From Pelagomonas calceolata (lineage: Eukaryota): a stretch of 64,000 nt of DNA. Both the position numbers and the translations under genes were made by a program. A model generated the notes under the pieces. It saw nothing but the letters and a program-made list of their open reading frames with translations. It was not told the DNA's origin and did no database searches. The stretch spans positions 1,488,001 to 1,552,000 of the forward strand of contig CAKKNE010000004.1 of the NCBI GenBank assembly GCA_918797485.1. Direction: 5' to 3'. Numbering within the stretch: position 1 is the first letter of the stretch; the number at the start of each line of letters is the position of its first letter. Shown here one piece after another: positions 11,529 through 24,136 of this stretch.

Positions 11529-11927
11529 ATGCAAGACGGAGCAAGACCAGGACAGCAAGTTATCGAAATCATCTTGCCAACCTATTCTATGAAACCGGCC
11601 GAAGATGAAAAATTCTACCCTTCAAAAATCAGACAAATATGCACCGAGGCGTTAAAGGATGAGCTAGATAATAAAGAGTATTTCGAGGATGGTGCCAAAG
11701 ACTGGATCCTGACCATTGGGAATAAAATCAAAGCTCAGGCGAAGAGCCTCAATTTGCCACGATACAAAGTAATTGTACAAGTCACAATCGGACAAATGAA
11801 AGATCAAGGTGTAAGTGTCGCATCAAGGTGCCTCTGGGATCTTCTCTTTGATAATTACACTTCTGTTAATTATACCAACTCTTCCCTATGGGCTAATGCG
11901 ATGGTTTTTGGATTATATACCGATTGA
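11529..11927 (+). CDS. TCTEX1D2: Tctex-type dynein light chain (TCTEX1D2-like)
   Basis: PTYSMKP...LNLPRYKVIVQVTIGQMKDQGVSVASRCLWD..DNYTS..YTNSSLWANAMVFGLY is a Tctex-1 family signature. Confidence 0.85.
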   Translation: MQDGARPGQQVIEIILPTYSMKPAEDEKFYPSKIRQICTEALKDELDNKEYFEDGAKDWILTIGNKIKAQAKSLNLPRYKVIVQVTIGQMKDQGVSVASRCLWDLLFDNYTSVNYTNSSLWANAMVFGLYTD

Positions 11928-12399
11928 ATTGAGTCATCTGGTTCCACAGCTTAAAGAGGCTAAAAGTGCAGATATGATATTACTATGGTAATTCACGCCA
12001 GTGTATCGTGCGTACTAAACGCAACAGGGCATTTAGAGGTTGCTTGACCCTTGTCCGCTATGCGCATGGGCAGACCGACCTTTTAACTCGAAATGGACCT
12101 AAAAATAGAAACCTGCAATGCAGAGCGAAATAGGGAGGTCTATATGTTTCATTTATGAGGGACAGTTTTCTCGAGGACCGGCACATAAGGGATAGAACTC
12201 AAACTCGAGGTTGAACTCAGACTTGCCAGTGAACAAGCACTCATACGAAGAAGTCTTGTCACTGGCCGCCGGTTTGTCACCGTCATTTTCGAGATTTTTA
12301 GGGTGTTCAAGTTCCCTTCCCCCTGATCATAACAGCTTTTATGAGATTTGTTACTCTACTAGTAGCGACACCACATCGGGCCACGAGCACGGCCCGGGC

Positions 12400-12930
12400 C
12401 CCGGGGTGTCTCCTAATCTGAGATTCGAGTTCCCAGCCTCTTGGCCGGCGCCGATTTTGGCTACGGGGTCCCCAAGGGTCCCTTTGTACGCCCCGTGACC
12501 GGGGTGGGGGGAAGGGGTCACTTTCGCGGCGAGACGCGGTCGCGAAGTTGCCCATCTGGCAAGGAGCTGTACCTCTTGCATCTGGGGCCTAACGTGCGGG
12601 TATTTTAGGAGCTCTGGCCCGAAAAATCAAAACTCGCTTCTATGCAGGTAATTTGGTCTCCCAGGGGGCCTCGGATACCTATGGCGTGGGGCGGATGCGT
12701 AGGCGCGGCCGGGTACCCGATGGGCTGCCAGATAGGTCGCCGACGCGGCACGAAACGCCACTGGCGCGACCTTCGCAGGCCACTAAAATTTCCAAACCTA
12801 ATAGTTTCGCTTACCCGTTTCAGTCACGTCCTAGAGGGGTTCCCAGGCCCCCTCGGCTCGATTTGGCGGCGGCCAAGACGTCTAGTTATAGAGATACGGC
12901 AAATTTGGGGTTTGGTGTCACCCCCCGTCC
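12400..12930. repeat. Dispersed repeat family R1, copy 1
   Basis: Shares blocks (AAAACTCGCTTCTATGC.GGTAATTTGG; GATGGGCTGCCAGATAGGTCGCC; TATAGAGATACGGCAAATTTGGGG) with 36240-36900 and, inverted, with 50870-51340; a short piece also occurs at 47490. Confidence 0.85.
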
Positions 12931-12931
12931 A

Positions 12932-13661
12932 CGAGCTGAAGGGGCATTTTCGCGTTGCGCGATTTTTTAGCGTTTTTGGTATTTTCTGCCTTTAAAATGC
13001 GCGTCTATCTCGGCCGGATCGTCGAGTTAGACCGCGAACCCACTTGCGAAGTGGGCCCGGAGCTCGCGATCTATCGAAGTGTCACGGTCACGGGGTGCGA
13101 CGAGCATAGAGGCCGTCGCGGCGAGCAAGCAGCCCCTTTTTCATCAGCAGCCTTTCAATAGCCCCTCCCCGCCGCGATTTCGGTTGCTCTGGGGCCTCGC
13201 AGCGTTGGATATCGTAGAACGTTTGCGGCTGCCCATGGGGCAGTTTTTCATGCGTTCGCAGCCCCAAAATTCGTAGAGCTAGCCCCACCCGCGAAACGCC
13301 GAGACCGTCGGATCGGCCTCACGCGACGCCAAGACGGTCACGATGGCGCATGAACTTGCCCGTAGCTTCGCCCTGTCGTGCCCGGGCAGCAGGGCGTACA
13401 CTTTTTAGCAACCTCGCGACGAGATTTTGTGCTTACGAAAGCGGTTGGCGGCGTTGGCGCCCACAGAGGCCGCGGGACCACACGCTCTCGCCGCAAAGCA
13501 ACGCACTGCCAGCCTAGGTGCCAATACGCACTCCCGAGGCCCGCGCTGCCTCCGGCGCCGCTTGGGGCAGCCAACGACGCGCATTTTAAAATGCAGACAC
13601 TACTAAAACGCTAAAAAAAATCGCGTAACTTCGCCGTAAGGCGAAAATGCCCCTTAGCTCG
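12932..13661. mobile_element. MITE-like element with ~75 bp imperfect terminal inverted repeats
   Basis: CGAGCTGAAGGGGCATTTTCGC...TTTAAAATGCGCGTC at the left is the inverse of GACGCGCATTTTAAAA...GCGAAAATGCCCCTTAGCTCG at the right. No coding capacity; an internal 45 bp recurs at 58910-58958. Confidence 0.7.
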
Positions 13662-13846
13662 CAGTCACGGTGTCTAGTCTGGACTCTGGTGCCCCCCCCA
13701 TATGATACTCACTGGCAGGCTGCCAGTGAATTTTAAGGACAAGGCGTGCCGGTCATTACAAACAAATGTACTACTGACCTGCAGTTCTAGGCAAACCTGT
13801 TCGCCTCGATAACACAAACCGCTCGGCGTGAGCCTTCGCTGTCGTA

Positions 13847-13889
13847 ATGTATGTATGTATGTATGTAATGTATGTATGTATGTATGTAT
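13847..13889. repeat. (TATG)n microsatellite
   Basis: About 10 units of TATG with one interruption. Confidence 0.9.
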
Positions 13890-14020
13890 TAGAGTCGCGG
13901 TCCGGTAAGAGTTTCGTTCTGACAAGTGATTCTCCTCGAAAGATTCCCCAGGATCTTCAAAGAAAAAGGGCAGGCTTGAAGAATATCGCATAAAGCGCCA
14001 CCGGGTCCGTCTTCTATCTG

Positions 14021-17000
14021 TTATGTCCCCTTGTCAACGCCAACCATGCTATTGGCTCTAAGTAAATGGACGATAGGCACTGCTAATTCATCAGCGAGTG
14101 CCTTGGCAAGCCAATTGAATTTGACACAGCTTCGTTGGGTATCCAGGCTGGCCGTTATGTGAGACAAAAGTGGATCTGGAGCAAAAAACAATTCTTTTCC
14201 CATGGCCTGGGTCAATAGGGCATCTCGAGGTGCGTAAAGCTGTGACAAGGGGATGACTTTGCACGGAGGTGTGTTACTATCGATTATCTGCGAAGATAAA
14301 TGAGCTTTTGCGCGTCTAGTACCGAGGAATTGATCGTTTCTGAGGTAAGGCATGTTTGGGTAAAGTGGAAGAAAGTGACCTTCATCACATTGAGATTGAG
14401 TTAGATCAGCAACAAGAGAGTCAATGACATGCTTCATCTCAAATGCAATATGCATTGGCGCTTCATCTATTGTATTCAAAGGAGAACTTCTGCACCACCT
14501 TTGGATCTTGTTGCTGGCATGCGCATGCTGGTGACTACCAACAAACCATTCGGGAATATGCTTGTTGATGACATCACTGGCGCACAGAATTCGAGAGACC
14601 GCAGTGTCAGCAAAACACTCCCAGGGTAGCACATGAGCTCGCTCGGAGCAGAGAAGTGTGATAAACGACCCGTTCTCATCCTCAAAAGTAGTCAAAGCTG
14701 AAAAAAAATTGTGCGGAAGCGCAATCATATGAGCGATGCGCTTGATGATACACCTCCGATGTTCAACTCTATTCATCCTCACCTTCACACGCCGTGTACC
14801 TGCAAATGCGCCGACAAGAGAGGCAGAAACCGCGTCGAGACCTTGATTAAATTGACCAAAGGTGATCATGTGGCGCCAACCAAGATGCGGGGCATAGACA
14901 ATTAAAGAATTGGCAGCGTGGATCGCGTACGCAGCTGGTGCACAACAAAATTTCGCGATTGTGCAATCTGCAGACCAACGGCGTAGACGACGCATCCCAG
15001 CAGCGAACTCACGAAGAGCACCACGGTTTCTGCCTTGTAATTCGTAGAGGTTGAGGTTGCCTAGGCGATGGTGGCTCACGTTTGCATGCATTCTCACAAG
15101 ACACCTCCAACAAGCAAGGGAGTCAAGCACATGGTGTTTATGGTTTCTATGTTGGCTACTGGCATTATGGTAAGTGACAAGAGGCCAGGTCAATCTGCGA
15201 CGCACATCACGCTCAAAGATAACAAAGATGTCAAAAAGCATGAGATTTTCATCTATCATTGCTCTATCTGCAACCGCAGCAAGAAGACGGAGCAAGCGCT
15301 CAAATATCAGTCGCAGATTTGCAAGGACAGTGGAAGCTGCAATAGGAACCAAAGGGACGAACAAACCATCAACGAAGAGTCGCAACAGTATTTCCCGTGC
15401 CTCCCACCAGTGGGCGATGGCACTTAAAGGATCATCTTGAATGTATCGCAACTCTGCAACGTTGAGGTAAGCATCGAGAAGAAGAAGAGGTTCACTTATC
15501 ACTGCGGCAAGTTCCAGTGCATGGTGTGCTGCTACATCAATTTCATCAGCACTCCCTTGTTGTCCCTTTTGTTGCATGGTAGTTTCTGCAAACACTACAC
15601 CAAGGCTAGCTGAGGCAAAAGCTGCAGCGGCATGTGCGACACCAAAATAGTCGTCGATTGCCTTAAAGCATTCGAGTGCTTGTCGGTACCAACGTGGGGC
15701 ACCGACCGGATCACAAAAATTGTGAGACCGGGAACAGAGTGACACTTCATTGGTCACGTTTAAATTTATTTTCCTTCTAGTAGATGCATTGACGATGTTT
15801 GGTTGGTGTCGGTGGAGTACAGCGCCACAAGAACCATCAACGCATGAAAGTGCTTGTGTCGCCTCAATTTTTATGGCAACCTGCGCCTGACCCTGAAGCT
15901 CATAGAGTGCGCCAAGTTCATACAGCCCTTGCACGGATCCAACACGAGAAACTACAGACTCAACAGCAGCAACCGTGGGGCCAAGTGACCTCCATGCCAT
16001 CTTAGGTTGTCCGCCTAACAACGCTACCTGTGCAAATAATTTACCAAGGTCGACACCTTCTTCACAAGAAGAGACACCCCTCCCCTTAATGGGCATCTCC
16101 CACAAGAAGTTTGGTTGGTGAGTTATCGTGGGGCTTGCCAAGCCAGGTAGACGTTGGCGAAGGCGTTGAATTCGCCGGAGGGCAGTGTGCGCACTCACAG
16201 CCTTTCCACAAAGAACTTCAGTTTCAGTATAGTGCGATAAACTGGCAATGCGGCGGCGACTTGATGCTGGCCTTGTAGTTAACACCTGCCTTAGGCAGTG
16301 CGACGCAGAAACGGGGTCACACTGTTTGGCTAGGAGATGAGTAGCAAATGATGCAGCATGCTGTATTGCAATTTCAAATTCCTGTGATGTAGTGTGTGTT
16401 ATATGTGTTGTACATAGCCGATGGCGTTTGGAAAGAGTAGTGTCAATCTCCAACAAAGCGTTGTTCACAAGTCGAACGTCACATGCGTTAACGTGCTGCT
16501 TTACCAGCAGTTCGGTCGTAAATTGGAACTCGTGGATATCTTGCGTCACAATTGAATCCATGGCATGGTGATTTGTTCCCCAATCTGCTATAGGAAATGT
16601 ATTTTTATTATCTTGCTCACACTCGAAGTGCTGGTACAGGTCCGCAAGGACAAGTTTGCAGTGCGTTGAGCCAGTCCTATCATCACTTTGACGGGCAGCT
16701 ATGACGCATAATTCACGTCGCAACTTTCTTCTTTCATTCATGTCATTGCGGAGTGCTAAAATTGCCACGCAAATGTCAAGGACTAGAAGTGTGTATGCAT
16801 ATTTTGCTCGTCGGTCAAGTGCTCGTGCAAGAGCTCTGAGTGCTGTATACCCCAGCGAACATGATAGAGTAGAATAAGCTAGTGGACTTGCATGAACCCT
16901 TGATAGATTAACATCAAATTGAAGTGCATGAGACGGGAGATCGACCTAGATATAAATTGAGTGCATGGGTTTTTAAAATACATTTGCTCTGGCTCTAGGC

Positions 17001-18853
17001 TGGCTCTGTGGTTGTGTGTTGGTCTAAAACACACGTTGCCTCGAACAGCAACATTTCAGCAATCCGAATTTCCTGCGTCGCTGCATGGGGACTCCTATGA
17101 CCGCGCCTGATTTGTTTGCAAACACCCATGGATGAAACGGCATTACGAGAACCATAAACACCTTTGAGATAGCTGAGGCCAAGAGCAAGGGAAGCCTTAG
17201 CCCGCGGCAAGCTTGCCGGGGGCAGTGCCGACACAAGAGAAGCCAGTCGTCCTTCAACAAGTCGAGAGGTCGGCGAGGACAATTCACCCCCGCACCCAAC
17301 AGAACTATTATCGCAAGTTGTATCGCAGAATTCCACTTCCAGGCTACGACGTACAGAGACAAAATCAAACTCTGTTTCGTCCAGCATCAAATTTTCTCCG
17401 GTTAATGGCGAAAAGCCGATGGCCTCCATTCGCAAATCTGATAGGGCAAGGGCCTCCAGCTCCTCAGCAGCAACAAAGAGAAGTTTCCTACGAAGCGTGT
17501 TTGCCATGCCAAAAGCTGATGCTATGCCAGACCAAGATAGCGGTGGAAGTGCAGAGCACCAGCAGCCAGTGCGAAACTGTTGGGGCTTTGTTGTTTCACG
17601 TCTGGTCCATTTGCAGATAAATCGACGCACTGGACGTACATGGACCTATACTTGCGACAGATCGACTGCTTCAGATAAAAGCCGGACACTGTGCTGCCTA
17701 CGAGTGCTAGGTGTGCAATTGCCTCGTCGACTGTTAGCCTGCTTCTAGCTCTAAGCACAATGTCGACTATATCATACACCAGCGCTGAAGTGCCGCGGCG
17801 AAAAGCAGCAAGATCACTGGCGTCGAGAGAGAGAATGTCTAACAAAAGCGGAATCTCATGACGAGTTGATTTGATGATTTTTGCGGCACACAACTCGTCA
17901 AAGCGTTGAACAAAACGGCAGACTAGACGACAGAGGCGTGCACAACACTGGCGGCAACGCAAGTCATCATCCAACGTTGTAGGTCTATTAAGACCATCAC
18001 CAAAAGTTAATATCCGAAGTGTGGCTGGTTTAGCCATTGTTGCATGTTCCAGACGATGGAGAAGAGCCTTTATTTGTGCCCCACAGTCACGCCAATTCTC
18101 GTTGCAGTATGACATTTCTGCTGCGCGCAATGCCTGTTCCAGTGCAGTTTCTTGACTTGGTGAACGCTCTCGCTCTATTGTTTCTGTGACTTTTAGTGGT
18201 GAGGGTCGTGCCACAACCGCCGACGTGTAAGAAACTTTAAGGCAAAGGTTTCGCAGCCAAGTGATGGTACATGGAGCTGACTCTGGAGCTCTTGGATACG
18301 AGGAGATTGCCGCCATTTCTGCAAGTGGAGCACAAGCAACCTTGTTATTTGATTTAGGTTCGGAGACAATATTTTGCAGTTGTGATGATCTCAAAATTGT
18401 GCTAATACATCTGTTGAGGTTACGACAACAGGTTCTGTAATCAGCGGTACGTTGTCGCCGGTAGGAAAGATAGGCTGAAAACAGTGTCGGTTGTTGGGGC
18501 ATGTACTGAGTGTCTTGCTTATCTTTGAAGATGGTTGCATCCGCAAAAATATGTTCATCAAGGTACTCGAGGAGCGAGTCAACTCGAGGCGACGTGCATG
18601 AATGCTCATGGGTGTTTGGTAGGGCTGTACCAGGTAGCGCAGATTTTGGTTCTTCAGTGGAGATTGCAGACAGGGTATTACATAGCGCAAGTTCTGCATC
18701 CCAGTCTTCGTTTCCCGCTGGGCTCCCCGAACTACCCGAACCGCCGTGTATTAATTGGCTTGACTCAATCAAGAAATTGTTTGTCAGTTGGTCGGGTTCG
18801 AACGAAAAGTCGGCATCCCAGCAGCGTCCTCCCGGGGGGGTCGCCCTGGCCAT
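14021..18853 (-). CDS. Large (~1570 aa) uncharacterised helical/TPR-like protein; introns 17646-17701 (GT-AG) and 16946-17000 (GC-AG)
   Basis: Three consecutive ORFs (443, 211, 915 aa) join in frame through two short introns. TPR-like segments (LLDAYLNVAELRYIQDDPLSAIAHWWEAR) and an HVLPWE motif near the C-terminus. Confidence 0.6.
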
Positions 18854-19329
18854 TGCGATGCGTCAAGCCACCATTCTCAGGAGATTTCTCAGCCAAACAT
18901 ATACCAGGCCTGCGGGAATAGACCCCAAAACCGTCAAGCTATCGTAGCACAGGGCTCTGGAGCACGGATGAATTTTAATTCAAATTTTTTCATGCCTCGT
19001 CGCGCTCACGCGCCCACAAACACGATGGCAGGGCAAAGCGGTCCGGCACTCAAGCTAAAGGAGAGCGCGAAACCAGGACCCGAGCTGAGCGAGTCTGGAG
19101 GCAAGGCTACCTACCGGGATGGCTAGTTGTGGTGATGAGGCCCTCTGGTGTGATGAAGGCGCTGCCCCCTAAATCGGGTCTATAGCTAGTGCTGCCGCAC
19201 ACTCGATGGATTTAGGGCGCAACTCGAGAACAAGAGGCTTCAGGCCCTTATGTATCCCTGCGCGGAGTTTGGAGAAGCGTGCGTTGCAGGAAGTGGGCCG
19301 TTACAGGTGCGACTTGCCGCTTATTGCCG

Positions 19330-19740
19330 CCGTTCGGGCCGCAGTGTCGGGAATCATCGATTATGACCCCGCGCCGGTCCCCGGGCCCGTGGCTTCTCGC
19401 AGGAGCCCCCTCGAAGCTCTCAGTTCATCCTGCGTCGACTTCGATGCGGCCGCCGCGGAGCCGACGATTTCCAGCTTTTCGGGCGCTTGAAGTTGTCCGC
19501 GGTGCCCCAGGTGAACCCACCTTTATTTGAGCTGGGCGGTGCCCGCATCGCGTCGGAGAGCGCATCGATTGTGGTGGGCTCAAGAGCGAAATGGCCACTC
19601 GCGAAATGTGGTGCTGCCGCGCTCTTTTGTGGCGTCACGGTACCGCCTCGGTTGACCCCTTGGGCTGCCCACGGGCGCATTTTGGCTTCGCACGAGGCGA
19701 AAAAAAGTTCGCGTTTATCGAGTTTCACGGGTTTTAGACG
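19330..19740. repeat. Dispersed repeat family R2, copy 1 (copy 2 at 51540-51970)
   Basis: CATCGA.TAT.ACCCCGCGCCGGTCCCCGGGCCCGTGG.TTCTCG.AGGAGC...GATTTCCAGCTTTTCG.GCGCTTGAAGTTGTCCGCGG is shared and colinear. Confidence 0.85.
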
Positions 19741-20709
19741 CCTTCTCCCCCGGAGCCCGGATGAGCAAATTTGGCTGCAGAGTAAACTAAGGCTAAAGAT
19801 AAATCACTGGCGATTGAGCCCCGGAGTCCATCCGCGGGAAGACGAGATTGAAAACCCTTCTCACCCCGGAGTCCATCCCCGCTATCGAAATAACGACGCG
19901 TATTTTTGAAGAAAAAAGGGGCAGCGTCCCGAGCGACGTAGGAAAGAGGGTTATGCCCCTTTGACGAAGTAAATGAGGGTCGGGGTCTTTATGCACCAGG
20001 CTTCAGGCCCAGGTGCGGTGCCTGTCGCGTTTAGACCACGCCTCCCGAGCCGCTAACACGTCTAGGTACCTTTGCGCCGTAAATTCGGGTTTACCCTAAT
20101 TTCTCGGCGCGGAGGAGTCGTGGTCTGTACTCGACAGGTGCGGTGCGCAGGCCCTGAGGTCCTAGACTCTGAGTTTGCCAGTGGGCGTAGAGCCTAGAGT
20201 GAACCACATACCCAGCGGTCCGGCCAACCCTGGGCGGATCATCACTGCCCGCGGCACCGTGACTCAGGCCCGGGGTAGTACATCATCATAGCCGCGGCCA
20301 CAATCCTCACTGGCAAGCCCAGTGCAGGCCATTCACAGTCATCGTGATAGTAGCCTAAGTAGTCCGAGTCGATTGGCCTGGTCCGGGCGCCGGCGCAGCG
20401 GCAGCCTCAGGTTGGGCCTGAGCCAGAGCCTGAGCCTATCATGGGCCTCAGTAGCCTGAGCCTGAGGCGGCTAGCGGCCGCGGCCCGGGCCTGACTAGTA
20501 GCCCCGGGCCGCCAGTGACTCGGAGTCCCGGCTCGGGCGCGAGTTGCCTGAGAAACCAAGTTGCGGCAACTTGAATTGTTAGCCGGGGTCGTGGGGGCGG
20601 CCGGGCCCTATAGTAGTACAGGCTCGTAGGCTGGGTTACCGCAGTATATCATGTACAAGTGACTTCATAGATATATGCGTCTGTAACGGCGTAAGTGCAA
20701 AACGACTAC

Positions 20710-22266
20710 ATGATCCAAGTTATTGATCAAGACTTAATTTCATCAGCCCTCCAAGAGGGCACACAACTAGTAACGTCAGATGGCTCGGGGATTAACGGTG
20801 ACACTCTTGCTGATATAGCGGCGAAGGCAACCGAGTTACGACTATCGTTTAAGAACGTACTAGAAATCGATAATTTGCAAGGTTTCCACGCTCTAAGGAC
20901 TTTGTGCTTAGATAATAACATCATTAAGTGCATGAAAAATTTAGATCATTTGGTGAACTTGACCTGGCTTGATCTTTCATTTAATCGCATCTCAAAAGTG
21001 ACAGGCTTGGACAGGCTGGAGAAGCTAACAGATCTATCATTATTCAATAACATGATATCTGAGGTCAACGGTCTCGGTCGGTGTAAAAACCTGCACTGCT
21101 TATCTCTGGGCAACAACAACATCTCCGCTCTTAAAGATATTGTTGAATTGAGATGCTTTCAAAACTTAAGGCTACTTAACTTGGAAGGCAATCCTGTATC
21201 AAAAGAGTCCTCGTATCGCATGTGCATACTGGCTTATTTCAGTGAGCTCGCATATCTTGATTACTCCATGGTGACTAGAGCGGAGGTTGTAACGGCACGA
21301 GAACAATATCAGGACGAGCTTCTGGATGTGGAAGAGAAGGAAAATCTCCAAGAAGAAAAAAACAGCAGCGAACTCGCCGCTATCAGGCATACACAAAAGC
21401 TGGCGGATGCTAATCTGACCGTAGTGCAGATTATATTTGATGATATGTTTGCTGATGATATCGAGATCTTAAAATTGAAGCATTTTCCCGGGGTAAGCAG
21501 TATTATGAATTCGTTTCAAAGCGAAGTAGAATCCGCCTCGGATGTGTTTCAACGGGAAGGGTTGGCAAGATATCAACTAAAGAAAAGAGAAGAAAAGCAA
21601 TTCGAATTCGCACTGCGTCAGTTACGAGCGAAATATGCCAACGAGTCTATTGATCTGGTGACAAAGTTTGGACGTATTAAAAAGAAAACTCTAAAGAGTC
21701 TGGCTCTTAAGCAGAATATTGAATCATATGATCTTGACCCACTCCGGGTAGCTCTCAGGAAATTGATTAGTTTGTTAAAGGACCTTGAAATGAGGCAAGT
21801 TGAACAATGCGAAGAACTAATAGGCGAGTTCGAAACAAAATATTTTGAGGTCAAACAGTCTTGTCTGGAGGGTCAACAAGCTTACTTTAGACGCCTCGAA
21901 GATCACGAAACCAATTTCATTCGTATGCTCTCGCTTTTGGTTGGTGAGCTTTTGGACCAAGCAGCCAAGGACAAGTTACCAGATGACTTGCCATCTGAGA
22001 TAAGCTCCTTACTGACAGACAGAGATTCGTGCATGAATGCAATCACTGGCTCCCATGACATTCACGTAGGAAAGTTATATCGTCGGGAGGACGAAGCAAA
22101 ACATAACGAAGGATTATTGTTTAAAGGAACTCTACGGTATTATCGTGATGAGGAACATTTAAGGAGCAGATGTCGAATTTCTGAACTCAACGATTTTGAA
22201 GGAGCTTGCTTGAATGAATTCAGCAGGTTGACGAGCGATAGGGACAGTGATGAAAAGGCAGAATGA
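20710..22266 (+). CDS. DRC3: Dynein regulatory complex subunit 3 (LRRC48)
   Basis: N-terminal LRRs (LRLSFKNVLEIDNL; LCLDNNII; LTWLDLSFNRI), then coiled coil ending in D...NAITGSHDIHVGKL; ~520 aa. Confidence 0.9.
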   Translation: MIQVIDQDLISSALQEGTQLVTSDGSGINGDTLADIAAKATELRLSFKNVLEIDNLQGFHALRTLCLDNNIIKCMKNLDHLVNLTWLDLSFNRISKVTGLDRLEKLTDLSLFNNMISEVNGLGRCKNLHCLSLGNNNISALKDIVELRCFQNLRLLNLEGNPVSKESSYRMCILAYFSELAYLDYSMVTRAEVVTAREQYQDELLDVEEKENLQEEKNSSELAAIRHTQKLADANLTVVQIIFDDMFADDIEILKLKHFPGVSSIMNSFQSEVESASDVFQREGLARYQLKKREEKQFEFALRQLRAKYANESIDLVTKFGRIKKKTLKSLALKQNIESYDLDPLRVALRKLISLLKDLEMRQVEQCEELIGEFETKYFEVKQSCLEGQQAYFRRLEDHETNFIRMLSLLVGELLDQAAKDKLPDDLPSEISSLLTDRDSCMNAITGSHDIHVGKLYRREDEAKHNEGLLFKGTLRYYRDEEHLRSRCRISELNDFEGACLNEFSRLTSDRDSDEKAE

Positions 22267-22933
22267 ATTACACTGCCGTGTGCTTGCTACCAATGTAATT
22301 GAGTTCTTCGGGCTCAGGCTAGTAATTGAGTTCTCCCGGACCGCCCGTCAAGGCCGCGGGCGCGGCAGACGGCCGTGGGCGCGGCAGACCGCCGCGGACA
22401 GGGCCCCGTGGTCAAGGTTAAAACTCGTGGCCGACTGGGATAGGATGTGGGGCGGACGCAGCAGTCGCAGTTGAAATTGAATCTGCGATCGCAGACAGCG
22501 GGCGGTGGGCCGGTCGCGAGCGGCGGACGCTATTTCGCGGTCAGGTCGCGGGCGGGACCGAACGGCCGTGGACCTGACAGCCCGGCCAGGGAGCCGGTGG
22601 GGCACGTGGTGTACCCGTCTCGCGGTCAAGGTACGGACTCGGTGCGGTCTTTCTGCGAACGGACGCGGCGCAGGGAAGTCGGAGGTCTCACAGGCCCCGT
22701 ACTAGTCACGGCAGACCAGTAGTAGTGGCCACTTCTAGTGGCCACTAGGAGTGCTACTAGTAGTCCAAGTTTGTCGTTGCGGATATATCAGTAAATAAGT
22801 GAATACTCAGGCTACCATGACTACGGCTAAAACAAAGCGACTCGGAGTCGACGATAGCGCGTGTGTGTGGCCAACTCTCGAGGACCTAGGTCCCACTTGC
22901 ATTAATGGAACGGCATCGAGTATATCCTCTCAC

Positions 22934-24136
22934 TCACTCGCACCATAACCCATAGCGAACAGCGCATGTGTACAGAAGGTTTCGCAGCAAAAAGACAATT
23001 AAGGCAAATAGAACAGAAAAACGCGCCATGGTCACCCTAGTTGTGGAAGTCAGATATGTTGTGACAAGTTTGTAGTCTGCAGAGACAGACAGCACGCGTG
23101 GCGGTGTGCTGGACATGTCTGGGGTAATGGCTAATGCGGTCACAGGGAGCTCGTGGGCTTGTAGATGCCTGCCTAAAGATGAAAGGTCTGTCGTGCTGGC
23201 AATACCCACCATTCCCTCCACATTCCCATGCACAATTAATTCTCCTTCAAGGCAAACAGCTGAGACAGGATGCCTGGATATACGTCTAGTGGCAACAAGG
23301 CCAACGTCGAGGGTACCATCTTGATCATCTGAAGCTACCAGGCTCCATTTTGTTGCATATGCATCTCCACGAGACCTAGACTGTACGCTGATTATGCCAT
23401 TGTCACCAACAAATTTGCATGCTCGCACGAGTAGCTTGGCCGATGGTGTCTTTTCGCGATAGTTATTAGCCTGAGATAACGGCATGGCACAACTCGTGGA
23501 TACCTTACATATGGTGGCGCCAGTACTCAGGCTATGTACAAGACATGTGCCATCCTTGGAAGCAGTTGCCAGCAAATGTCTGCTCTCAGAGAAGGAACAG
23601 TCTGTTATTGATGAGGTGTGTCCAGGGGAGAGAGCGTTCACCAGCGTGCATCTAAATCTGCCTTCATCATTGGACACGGCCCAAATACGTAGCTTGCCGT
23701 CATCGCCCCCGACTGCCAGAACATCTCTCGAGTCGTCTACAGCGCAGCAATTGATCGAAGGACCTTCCTTCTTAAAGTCAGATACATAGTCATCCGATGC
23801 AACAGCGATGTGCCTCTGACCTTGCAAGCTACTCCCAAAACCAGACAATTTGCAGATTCTAAATCTGTTACCAAATACACTTGGGAGCAACTTTCTTTTT
23901 GGTCCGATGCAGATCAAAGAGCACAACTCTGCACCGGTGTCTAACCTGCATAGCTCAACTAGGCCAGTTTCGCCGACTTCTGCTGCTACAATCGCATTGC
24001 CTACACCTGTTCTGCTCGACCCGCCGCCGCCAGCATACACTATATGATGGCGCTGCAATGTCGACCCTACGCTGCCCAAATATGCTATGCTAAATATCGG
24101 CGTTTGTGTTGGACATGAGCGCGTCTGTCGATGCAT
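22934..24136 (-). CDS. SEC12: Sec12/PREB-like Sar1 GEF (WD40 plus C-terminal TM)
   Basis: K-loop motif GGGGSSRTGVGNAI, WD40 repeats (GHTSSITDCSFS; AHELPVTALA) and a C-terminal hydrophobic anchor. Confidence 0.85.
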   Translation of the reverse strand: MHRQTRSCPTQTPIFSIAYLGSVGSTLQRHHIVYAGGGGSSRTGVGNAIVAAEVGETGLVELCRLDTGAELCSLICIGPKRKLLPSVFGNRFRICKLSGFGSSLQGQRHIAVASDDYVSDFKKEGPSINCCAVDDSRDVLAVGGDDGKLRIWAVSNDEGRFRCTLVNALSPGHTSSITDCSFSESRHLLATASKDGTCLVHSLSTGATICKVSTSCAMPLSQANNYREKTPSAKLLVRACKFVGDNGIISVQSRSRGDAYATKWSLVASDDQDGTLDVGLVATRRISRHPVSAVCLEGELIVHGNVEGMVGIASTTDLSSLGRHLQAHELPVTALAITPDMSSTPPRVLSVSADYKLVTTYLTSTTRVTMARFSVLFALIVFLLRNLLYTCAVRYGLWCE

